Positions 1-9,492 of a stretch of 25,338 nt of DNA are shown one piece after another. The stretch is from NCBI GenBank assembly GCA_000388065.2, contig KB932212.1, one strand, 5' to 3'. Every line of letters begins with the position of its first letter. The stretch's first letter is position 1. The translations under genes and the position numbers were made by a program. This DNA is from Fonticula alba ATCC 38817. Lineage: Eukaryota; Protista; Nucleariida. The notes beneath the pieces were generated by a model. That model had not been told where the DNA came from, ran no database searches, and worked only from the letters and a program-made list of their open reading frames with translations.

Positions 1-145
1 TCTTCGCCGGCCGCGCCCCCCCCCCCCCCCGGGCTCCGATCTCCGGTCCCGCCGGAACCGGCTCCCCCTCGGCTGGCGGTTGTTTCATCATCCTCGGGGG
101 GCGGGCGAGGGCGAGGCATGCTGTTGCGGTTGTCTTCCTGCGTGC

Positions 146-206
146 GCCCTGCCTCCGCCCGCCCTGCCTCCTCCCGCCCTGCCTCCGCCCGCCCGCCCGC
201 CCGCCC
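146..206 (+). repeat. 15-bp tandem repeat x3 (GCCCTGCCTCCKCCC) followed by (GCCC)n
   Basis: Units at 146-160, 161-175 and 176-190, read directly. Confidence 0.85.
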
Positions 207-565
207 CCCACATGTGTGCTCGTAAATGCAGACACACGCACCGGGCGGGGGATCGCCGGCGCGGGCCGGACCCCACACAGGGGCCTTTCCCCCCCCCTGG
301 GGCGGGGCCGATCACGCCCAGCACGCCTCCCAGCCTCGGGCGGGCGGGGGAGCGCCGAGGGCCGGTCCCCTCACCGCGCCCTGGTGCCCGACCGCACAGC
401 CCCGCTCCAGAGCGGCCCCCAAAATTATGCGCCCCCAGCGACCCACGCACGTAGGGGCCTCCTGCGCACACATGTGTCCCCCCGCACACAGCACGCCCCG
501 CAGACTCGCGGCCGGCCGGCCGGCCGGCCACCGGCGACACCTTGCCCCAGCCCGCCGGCGGACAT

Positions 566-590
566 GCGCGCGCGCGCGCGCGCGCGCGTG
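566..590. repeat. (CG)n alternating tract, Z-DNA-prone
   Basis: gcgcgcgcgcgcgcgcgcgcgcgtgtgc, read directly. Confidence 0.85.
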
Positions 591-960
591 TGCTTGCACA
601 CCCATCTGTGACGGTCGGCGCGGCGAGGTGCGGTGCCGCCCTTCCGCCTTGCCCCCGCTCCTCGGGCACGCCCATTGGTTGGCCGGGCAATATTTCAAGC
701 CCTGCGCCCATCCCGTGCCGCGCCCCGGGCGCATTGTTGTTGACTCACCGCGGTGCCCGGGGGCCGCGCGCGCCCCCTTTCGGCGTGCCCAGGCCCAAGC
801 CGACCGTATGCGCGCCCGTGCGCCGCCCACACCCACACATTGCACCCCTTCTGTCGCCGTCCCCCTCGGCCCCAAGAAGCAACCGGCGAAGGCGCTGGCC
901 GGCTGGCTGCTGGCTGGCCGGCTGGCGTGTGCCCCTGCCGGGCCTCTGCGACGGCCGATC

Positions 961-993
<33 letters not shown>

Positions 994-1053
994 CGGCGGC
1001 CCGGGGGCCCGCCCCCCCCCGCCCCCGCGGGGGCCCCCCCCCCCCCCCCGGCC

Positions 1054-1094
<41 letters not shown>

Positions 1095-1096
1095 CG

Positions 1097-1129
<33 letters not shown>

Positions 1130-1142
1130 GGGGGGGCGATCG

Positions 1143-1195
<53 letters not shown>

Positions 1196-1196
1196 A
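961..1196. repeat. Interrupted poly-C tract of ~235 bp upstream of gene 1
   Basis: Long C homopolymers with short G-containing interruptions; base-level accuracy is doubtful. Confidence 0.9.
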
Positions 1197-1379
1197 CCTG
1201 CTCCCCTCTCCCGCACCCACGCACCCACACGCACGCGCGCGCGTCTCCCTGGCCCTCCTGCCCCGGCACTACTTCCTCCTCTCGCGGCCGCCGCCTCCCC
1301 CTCCCCCCGCTCCCGGCTCCTCGCTCCCCGCCCCCCGCGGACCCCGGCGCACGCGCGCACAGAGCACCCCGCCCGCATC

Positions 1380-1497
1380 ATGGGCGACTCGGCCGTCCTC
1401 GAGCTGGCACAGTGCTTCCCCGACACGGATCGCTCCCTCCTTGAGCGGATCTATGACTTCAACAATCGCGATGTCGGTGCGTCCGCTCCCCTGCCCT

Positions 1498-1549
<52 letters not shown>

Positions 1550-1630
1550 CGCGCACTGACACCCCCCCACCCGCCGCCCCAGGCATGACCAAGTCCGCCC
1601 TGTCGAAGATGCTCCGCCGTGCTTCCAACG
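1380..1630 (+). other. CUE/UBA-like ubiquitin-binding domain (exons 1-2 of gene 1)
   Basis: Spliced translation MGDSAVLELAQCFPDTDRSLLERIYDFNNRDVGMTKSALSKML fits the CUE pattern (L..xFP..d..l...l......v..a...l): FP motif and three-helix length. Confidence 0.65.
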
Positions 1631-2936
1631 GTGCGCCGCAACCTCCGTGCCCTTCGCGCGCGCCCCCCCNNNNNNNNNNNNNNNNNNNNNNNNNNNNNNN
1701 NNNNNNNNNNNNNNNNNNNNNNNNNNNNNNNNNNNNNNNNNNNNNNNNNNNNNNNNNNNNNNNNNNNNNNNNNNNNNNNNNNNNNNNNNNNNNNNNNNNN
1801 NNNNNNNNNNNNNNNNNNNNNNNNNNNNNNNNNNNNNNNNNNNNNNNNNNNNNNNNNNNNNNNNNNNNNNNNNNNNNNNNNNNNNNNNNNNNNNNNNNNN
1901 NNNNNNNNNNNNNNNNNNNNNNNNNNNNNNNNNNNNNNNNNNNNNNNNNNNNNNNNNNNNNNNNNNNNNNNNNNNNNNNNNNNNNNNNNNNNNNNNNNNN
2001 NNNNNNNNNNNNNNNNNNNNNNNNNNNNNNNNNNNNNNNNNNNNNNNNNNNNNNNNNNNNNNNNNNNNNNNNNNNNNNNNNNNNNNNNNNNNNNNNNNNN
2101 NNNNNNNNNNNNNNNNCCCCCCCCCCCGCTGCCAGCCCCCACGCCGGAGCCGGCCTCCGAGCCGCGGGACAGCCTCGACCTCCTGAAGCGCCTGGAGACC
2201 TTCCGCCGGAGCTCGCTCGCCGCCCTGCCCGCCACCGACGCCACGGCCACCCCCCTCCTGCCGCCGGCGCTCATCTCCTCCGAGGGCCTCTCCTCGCTGG
2301 ACATGATGGCCGCCGGCCGGGTGGGCGTGCAGCTGTCCGCCGCCGACCTCGGGCTGGACCCCCGCGTCCAGGGGTACTCGCCGGGCGCCGACGCCGCGCA
2401 CATCCTCACCTGCCTGCACCGGCTGCTGGTGTCGCCGCTGGCGCACTCCGTCAGCCTGGACGTCCCGTGGAATGACACGCGCCTGATCCTGGCCCTGACC
2501 GAGCTGCCGGCCCTGCTGGCGGCCGAGGGCGACGCCGCGCCGCCCATCGACCCGGGCATGCTGTCCAGCCGGCTCTTCCTCAGCCTGTCCTTCTGCCGGC
2601 GTGATGGGTCCTTCCATGAGCTGCCGCTCCCCTCGGATCCGACGCAATTTGCCCCGATCTGCTTCTCGCTGCCCTCCATCCGCAACCACTTCCTCCACTG
2701 CGTGCGGGTCCTGGCCAGCATCCGCCCGGCCCGGCTGCTGCTCGGCACCTGCGTCAACGCCCTGTTCAAGGTCCAGGAGACCCAGCTCGGGCACTTCGGC
2801 CCGCTCTACTTCGAGGCGTCCATCCAGGCCAAGCACTACTCCCCGCGCTCGCGCGTGTCCCTGAACCTTTCCTATGAGGTTCGTCGCACCCGTTCTCTCT
2901 CTCCCTCTCCCTCCCTCTCTCTCTCTCTCTCTCTCT

Positions 2937-2974
<38 letters not shown>

Positions 2975-4412
2975 TCTCACTCTTCTCACTCTCTCTCTCT
3001 TCTCTCTTCTCACTCTCTCTCTTTTCTCACTCTCCCTCTCTTCTCACCCTCCCTCTCTTCTCACCCTCTCTTTTCTTTCTCTCCCTCTCTTTTCTTTCTC
3101 TCCCTCTCTCCCGTCGCATGCCCTTGTCTGGATGCTGCCCGCTCTCTGTCGTGTATGCTCATGATGCCCCCCCCCCCCCCACACACAGCACCTCCACCGG
3201 AATGCCAACCAATACACCGAGGTGTTGCACGCGGCCGGCGACAAGCTGGACTTCCTGTCCATCACCTCGGTCCCCAGCGACTTCGTGGCCAATGTGGCCG
3301 AGATCCCGGCCGACTACTACCACATGCTGGCCAACCTGGCGTCCAGCGAGGATGACATGGTGCTCAACATCGGCTGGTCCTCGGACAATGACGCGTCGTC
3401 GCACTTCCCCGCCCGGCCGGACGCCACGGCCCAGGATGGCTTCGAGGAGCAGGTGGCCTTCATCTATGCCCTGCCGCGGCTCCTCAGCGAGGCATGCCCC
3501 AACTACACCATGTGGTACGGTCTGCATGATCAGCTCCCGGAGCAGAGCGGCCTCGGGCTCTTCGTCACCCCGCCGGCCGTGGCCCAGCAGCCATCGACGC
3601 CCGGGCTCGGGGAACTCCAGCTCCTGAATGCCCGCCACGCCAAGCCCATCTACCACCTGTGGGTCCTGGTCCGGGTGTCGAACGACCGGCGCCTCGACGC
3701 GCTGGAGGCCACCACCGGTGCGGCGGCCGAATCGCCCCAGCTGGCCCCCCTGTCGCTGGTCGCCGCCGCCGCCGCCGCCGCCGCTCCGGTGCCCGGGGCC
3801 ATCCCGTCCCCCCCTCCGCCGTCGGTCGCGGTCGCCGACCCGCCGGTATGTATCGTGCTGCCACCGTGCTGGTTCTTCTCCTTCCCCTCTGCCTGCTCTC
3901 TCTCTCTCTCTCTCTCTCTCTCCCCCCAGCTAACTGGAGCTCCTGCCCATCCCCCCCCCACCCCCGCTCCCCCGTTCTCTCCCTGATACCAGGTGGCCAG
4001 CCTGCCACCCAAGCTGTCTGGCCCGCCGCCGGCTGACTCCCAGTCGCTCTCGGAGCAGCAGGCCCAGCAGTTCCGGCTGATGCAGGCCGGCCTCGCTGGT
4101 CCGGCCGCCACCGGGCCGGGCCTCCCTCAGGTCCCGCTGCCGCCACCGGCTTCGCCCATGCCGCCCAAGCCCGGCGCCATGGCCGCACCCCTGTCGCCAT
4201 CGATTCCCTCCCCCCTGGCGCCCTCCTCCCTGCCGGACATGGACCTCCTGCGTGAGCGCATCCAAGCCCAGTACCTCACCCGGCAGCGGGCCGCCGAGCA
4301 GCATGCCGCCGAGTCCGCCTCGGTGCCGGCCCAGCCGCAGGTCCCGGCGCAGCTGCACGCCCTGCCGCCGCCGGCGCAGCAGCATTCCTTCCCCCCGCCA
4401 CAGCACCTCCAG

Positions 4413-4444
<32 letters not shown>

Positions 4445-6536
4445 CCACCACCACCACCACCACCAGCACCATCATCATCTTCACCAGCACCAGCACCAGC
4501 ACCAGCAGCAGGTCCCCCTGCCGCCGGCACACATGATGCTGGCTCCGCCGCCACCGCCCGTGGCCGCCGGTGCTGGCGCGGCCCCCCCCCCGGCCAAGCT
4601 CTCCCCCCCGGCCACGCCGCCCATGATCTCGGTCACCAGCACCCCGATGGTGACCACCACCCCGTCCACCATCCTTCCCCTGCCTCCGGGGCTGGTCCCC
4701 TCGTCGGCCCCGCTGACCCCTTCGGCCCGGCACATCCAGCAGCCGGTGGCCCTGAACGAGGTTGAGGGGTGGCTGATCGCCCGGATCTCGGCCTCCATCC
4801 GCGGGTCCCTGGACCTGACCCCCAACTCCAAGAACATCCTGCAGTATGACCATCACCTGTCCGGGCTGACCGGCACCGGGTCCGGCCGCCTGTGGCAGAT
4901 GCTCTCCGAGACGGGCATGGTACGTGGCGCCTGCGTCCGCCCCCCCNNNNNNNNNNNNNNNNNNNNNNNNNNNNNNNNNNNNNNNNNNNNNNNNNNCCCC
5001 CCCCCCCCCCCCCCCCCCTCGCAGCCGGACATCATCTGCGCCACCATCACCTACCAGGTGACACAGCACATCCTCCGGAGCGGCTGCCTCCGGGGCGGGC
5101 TGCCCCTCAATGGGGTCGAGCTCTTCGAGGCGGCCGACATCGCCCGGGTCACCCAGCCGCTGATCTTCCCGGTGGCCGAGCTCATCCTCGGGCACCAGCC
5201 CACCATGGACCGCCTGCGCCGGCGGGTCATGATCGACAAGATGGTCAAGAATGACTCGCTCTCCGGGCCGCCGAATACCACCTCCCGGTCGCATCGGGAC
5301 CCGGCCGCGCGCGGGGTCGATGGGACTCGCATTTTCCACGAGATCGCCGAGGACCAGGGCCCGCGCGCCAGCATGGAGGACCGGCTAATTGCCCTGCCCT
5401 ATGTGAATGAGCTCTTCGGGCTGTCGCTGCCCCAGCGGCTGTCCTTCTATGCGGTGCTCGATGGCCATGGCGGCCGGCGGGTGGCCGACTACGCCACCGA
5501 GCTCCTGCCGGTCCACATCTTCCGGTCGCCGGTGCTCGGCGAGAGCCTGGAGCAGGCCATCCGCGGGGGCATCCATTCGACCAACGAAAATTGGAAGGGC
5601 AAGGTGGCCCGCGAGTCGATGGTCGTCCCGCCGAAGGCGGTCAACTCCCTGCGCGGGGCCGGGGCCACCCTGGCCGCGGCGCTGGTGGTCGACTCGGCCG
5701 AGGTCATCGTCGCCTGGGTCGGCGACTCGCAGGTGGCCCTCTTCTCGCCGTACCAGTGCCCGGCCACGGTGGCCGCCCCGGCCGGCCTGCTGGAGGACCC
5801 CCTCCCGGCATACACCCCGCACATTGAGCCGCTGCAAGTGGTGGCCCCCCACCGGGCCAGCGACCCGGCCGAGCAGGATGCCGTCGTGGCCCGCGGCGGC
5901 TTCGTGTCCATGGTCGGCGAAACGGCCCGCGTCAATGGGATCCTGGCCGTGCCGCGGGCCATCGGCGATGTCCAGCTCCACAGTGTCATCACCTGCGACC
6001 CGACCATTCGCACGGTGCGCCTCGGGGCGTCCCCCTTCCGCGGGGGCGCCGGGGCCGGCTCCGCCGACGGGGGGGCCTCCGGCTCCCCCGCCTCCCCGGC
6101 CCCGGCCGCCGCCGCCGCCGGCGCCACCACCTCCACCACCCCACCCGGCACCATGGCCGGTTCCTCCTCCTCCTCCGCCGCCGCCGCCGGCGCCGGCGCC
6201 ACCTCGCGCCACCACCACCCGTCGCTGGTTTTGACCCCGCAGCATCCGCTGCTGGGAGGCCACTCGCCGATGGATGACGCCGGCGATGGGGTGCTCTCGC
6301 CGGACACGCCCCGGGCGCCGGGCGCCGGCCCGGAGCCCGAGAACCGGATTCTCGTGGTCCTGGCCTGCGATGGGCTCTTCGACACGCTGACCCCGGCCGA
6401 GTGTGCGCCGCTCATCGGCGACCACCTGGGCCGGAACTTCGGCTCGGCGCAGGGCCTGGCCGTGGCGCTGACCCGCTTCGCCCGGGCCTCCGGCTCGACG
6501 GACAACGTCTCGGTGCAGGTTCTGGAGTTCAGTTGA
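1380..6536 (+). CDS. Multidomain PP2C (PPM-family) phosphatase: CUE-like domain, inactive GH-like TIM barrel, Pro/Gln/His-rich linker and PPM1E/F-like catalytic domain, ~1327 aa, 6 exons
   Basis: Exons 1380-1476, 1583-1630, 2136-2878, 3189-3845, 3993-4919, 5025-6536 (TGA). All junctions are GT..AG and phase-compatible (1,1,0,0,0); total 3984 nt. PP2C motifs: QGPRASMEDR, YAVLDGHGG, AWVGDS, GILAVPRAIGD, LACDGLFD, GSTDNVSV. Extra exons could be hidden in the gap at 1670-2116. Confidence 0.9.
1670..2116. other. Assembly gap (447 N) inside intron 2 of gene 1
   Basis: N run flanked by poly-C. Confidence 1.
2320..3540 (+). other. Glycoside hydrolase clan GH-A-like (beta/alpha)8 barrel, probably catalytically dead (exons 3-4 of gene 1)
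   Basis: Alternating strand/helix pattern with motifs in the order seen in prokaryotic GH-A/GH53-like proteins: FSLPSIRNHF, LLLGTCVN, K..SPRSRVSLNLSYE, LDFLSITSVPS, EIPADYY, VLNIGWSS, EEQVAFI, WYGLHD. Recognised from memory of the family; no HMM was run. Confidence 0.6.
2893..3110 (+). repeat. Degenerate (CT)n polypyrimidine microsatellite in intron 3 of gene 1
   Basis: About 220 bp of almost pure C/T inside intron 2879-3188. Confidence 0.9.
4405..4510 (+). repeat. CAG/CAC trinucleotide repeat encoding a poly-Gln/poly-His tract
   Basis: Translation HLQQHQQQQQQQQHHHHHHHQHHHHLHQHQHQHQQQ in exon 5 of gene 1. Confidence 0.9.
4947..4996. other. Assembly gap (50 N) inside intron 5 of gene 1
   Basis: N run flanked by poly-C, between donor GTACGT at 4920 and acceptor AG at 5023-5024. 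Confidence 1.
5330..6533 (+). other. PP2C catalytic domain, PPM1E/PPM1F (POPX/CaMKP)-like
   Basis: MEDRLIALPYVNELFGL followed by YAVLDGHGG resembles the PPM1F segment MEDRHVSLPSFNQLFGL...AVFDGHGG. Metal-binding acidic residues are present in MED, DGH, CDG and TDN. Confidence 0.85.
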
Positions 6537-6940
6537 TTCTGTGTGTGTGCGCGCGCACCATCGCGCCATTGCCGCTGCAGGTGCCACCACCGTGCTTTGT
6601 GCGCCCTGCCCGGCTCTCTCCCGCCCCACCGGCGTGTGTCCCCTGTCCTTGTATCCGATCTCCCTCCCCCCCCCCTCATTATGTAATAATACGAAACCCC
6701 TCTTCATGTCTGTCCCCCCTCGCCCCCCGGCCTCCCTGTGTGGTGGCATGTGCGCATGCGCCGCCTCAATGGCCTTCATTTGAGAGCATATTCCTTCCGT
6801 GGCCTTCCTCTCCCAGGGACAGGCGGGCTGGAGGGAGAGGGAGAGAGAGAAAGAGCAACAGAGGGGGGTCTATTGTTATGCACACAAGGTCGAGAGGGGA
6901 AGGGGCGGATCGGACAAACAAGCACATGGCCCATCTCGCT

Positions 6941-8287
6941 CTAGGCCGAGATGACCTTGCCCTTGTTGATGGGTGGCTGCTGCGGGTGGAGGCCCAGGTC
7001 CACGGGCTCCCCCGGCATGGTATCCCCCCCGCCAGGGCCGGCGGGTCCGCCCTCCGCCTGCTCGGCCTTCGCCACATGCTGGGTGGCCAGGCTATCCAGG
7101 GCGGCGAGCTGCTCCAGGATGGCGTCCTCCAGCAGGGGAAAGTCCTCCACCTGGCTGGGGACCATCTGGCGAAGGGCCTGCAGCTTCTTGCCGGCCGGCT
7201 TGAGGACCACCAGCGTGCGGGACTTGTCGTCGGCATCCGAGCCTGTTGGTGGACGCGCACGATGGCGGCGGCAGGGGATGGCGGAAGGGGTGAGGCGCGC
7301 CAGTGGCGGGAATCACGCCGGAGTTAGAACCCTGTCGCCAACGGTGCCCCTGGCCGGGAGCAAGCTGGCAGAAAGAAAAAAAAACCCGGGAGGGAGGGGA
7401 CCCCCCCCCACCCCCCCCAAGCGACCGGGCCGAAGGACCGCAAGAAAAGGACGCACTCTTGGAGAGGAGCGAGTGGAAGGAGGCAATCGCATGGATGATC
7501 TTCCGGAAGCGCGAGTCCAGGTGCGTGTACTGGAGATTGCCCTCGGCGTCGATGGTGCCCAGGGATTGCGGCTCGAGAGTCGGCACGGTCGGCGGCGACT
7601 GCGCGCTGGCCCAGAGCAGCGCGATCACATCGACCTCGAACCTGCTGACGGTGGCCTGCACCGCGCGCCATCGACCCCCACCACCCCCCGGGAAGAATGC
7701 GAGGTCAGGACCGGAGTGAGGGGCCAGCAGAGGCCGCGAAGGGGAACAAAAAGAGGAGGAAGAAGAAAATGGGCCGCCCCCATGTGCGCACGCACCAGGA
7801 GCATGGCCCCCCCGCGCAGGAGCATCTGCCGAGTCGAGCGCGTCAGCCGGCAGTAGAATCGCGCCTCCAGGGAGTCGGGCAGGAGGTCCTCGCTCGGGCC
7901 GAGGTCCCGGTGCTGGCGGCCGGCCGGCCCGGCGGTGCGAGCCGTGTTCAGGAAGTTGATGATCCGGTTCTGCTGGGCCTCGGGCAGCTTGCAAAAGTTG
8001 TACCACGACTTGCGCAGGACCCGGTTGGAGGTGAGCTGCTGCAGGGCCGACGCCCGCGGCGGGGGGGACGGACTGCGGTTGTGCAAGATCGGCACGTCGG
8101 AGTTCTTGTGGAAAAGGCTGACGTTCCGGGTGCCGGCCAGGGCGGCGGCCGGTGTCAGGGCCGACCCGGGCCCGGAGCCGGGGTCTGCCCCGCCGGCCCC
8201 ATCCGCGCGCACCCGATGGAGGAGCTCGCGCTGACGGCGCCGATGGGCGCGCCGGGGCACGGCTCGCACCTGTGCCAGATCAAGGCC

Positions 8288-8330
<43 letters not shown>

Positions 8331-9228
8331 GGTGTGTGTGCGGGTATGTATGTGCGCGCGAACGGGGAAGTGCGGCATGGTCAGCAAACGAGGAGACGGG
8401 TGGCAGCCCATCTGGCCAAGGGAAGGCCGGGGCAGCGCGAGGGGAGGGGGGGGGAGGAGGACCGGGAACAGTGGCGAGAGCATGCGTACCAAGTAGCGGC
8501 GAGCGCTGATCCCCGCCGGTGCCAAAGCTGTGTGTGTGTGTGTGTGTGTGCGTGTGCGGCGGCGTGGGGTGAGACCGCCATCCCGGAGGGCGAAGGAGGC
8601 GCCCGACCGTGCCGAGCAAGAAGAAAAGAAAGCCCACGCACCTGTCGTCGTCCTGGTCGTCGCTCTCCGACAGCAGGGAATTAATGTAGGCCGAGCTGAG
8701 GGACATCTCCAAGTCGGCGGGCAGGGGCGATTGTCTGTGTGTGTGTGCGTGTGTGTGCGTGGGCGCGTGCGCGGGTGCACGCATCCACACCCCGGGTGGT
8801 TAGCACCCCATGGCCGGCGGAGGGTCAGGGACAAAGGGCCCCACAGAGGCAGCCTCTGCGTACCCGAAGGTGGCGCTCCCCGTGCGGGAGGCCGGCTGCC
8901 CGCCGGTCGGGGTGAAGAAAACCCCGGGCGAGGTGGGGCGCGAAATGCCGGTGGCCGAGCCCGGCTGCCGGATAGCCGGGTAATCCCCCGGCACGGCGGA
9001 TCCCGGCCGCGAGAGGGGCCGCGACGGGGCCACCAAATCCACGCCGGACCCCGGCCGCAGGGGGAATGGCGCCGTAATGCCCGCCGCCGAGGCGGTGCGC
9101 GAGGCCGGGCGCGAGGTCGGGCGCGAGGTCGGGCGCGAGGCCGGGCGCGAGGTGGACGGTGAGGGGGTGCCGGAGCTGCCCTCGGTCATCAGGGAGAACA
9201 CATGGCTGGGGTCGTTCTCGGGAGGGGG
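6941..9228 (-). CDS. R3HDM4: R3H domain-containing protein, R3HDM4-like (R3H-associated N-terminal region plus R3H); 5' end uncertain
   Basis: Exons (minus) 9228-8864, 8734-8642, 8527-8490, 8289-7796, 7655-7457, 7242-6941 (TAG), all phase-compatible, >=496 aa. Motifs: SWYNFCKLPEAQQNRIINFL, RFYCRLTRSTRQMLLR, and R3H LDSRFRKIIHAIASFHSLLSKS..DDKSRTLVVLK. Translation starts either at ATG 9234 or in an upstream exon lost in the gap at 9493-10287; ATGCAG also reads as a 3' splice site after a CA-type repeat. Confidence 0.8.
9097..9153 (-). repeat. 12-bp coding tandem repeat (~4.75 units) encoding (SRP[A/T])n
   Basis: Plus-strand units GCGCGAGGYCGG start at 9097, 9109, 9121, 9133 and 9145 (partial). 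Confidence 0.9.
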
Positions 9229-9235
9229 CTGCATG

Positions 9236-9308
9236 GTGTGTGCGTGTGTGCGTGTGCGTGTGCGTGTGCGTGTGCGTGTGCGTGTGCGTGTGCGTGTGCG
9301 TGTGTGTG
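9236..9308. repeat. (GTGTGC)n hexamer microsatellite, probably intronic in gene 2
   Basis: About 10-12 units, read directly, just upstream (in gene sense) of the CAG acceptor at 9231-9229. Confidence 0.85.
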
Positions 9309-9492
9309 CAAGGGCAGGGGGAGGCAGATCAGAAGCGCCGGAGGGGACAGGGAGAGGAGGGCCTGGCGGTCAAGAGGGGGAGGGAGAGGGGGCGGCTGTG
9401 CCTGGGGGGGGGGGGGATGGGCACAGGGCAGACCCCGCGGCGCCCGCCGGGGCGGCCCTTCTGTCTCCCGCCCTCCCCGTTGGCTCTCGTCC

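Noticed and set aside
1-119. Possible start of a divergent minus-strand gene (ATG at 119, MPRPRPPPRMMKQPPAEGEP..., open to the window edge)
   Set aside because: Only ~39 low-complexity codons are visible, with no motif or splice support.
226-2475. Long Pro-rich and Gly-rich ORFs (226-2475, 312-1220, 542-1444, 695-1426, 753-1559)
   Set aside because: They are translations of poly-C/poly-G and GC-rich non-coding DNA and run through N-gaps. Only 1380-1476 and 1583-1630 belong to real exons.
4920-5024. Intron 5 of gene 1 appears in frame without stops (possible retention)
   Set aside because: Its length depends on an estimated 50-N gap, so frame preservation is not evidence.
3930-6779. Long antisense ORFs opposite gene 1 (3930-5339, 5385-6779, 5489-6679)
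   Set aside because: Expected shadow ORFs in high-GC3 coding DNA, with no recognisable motifs.
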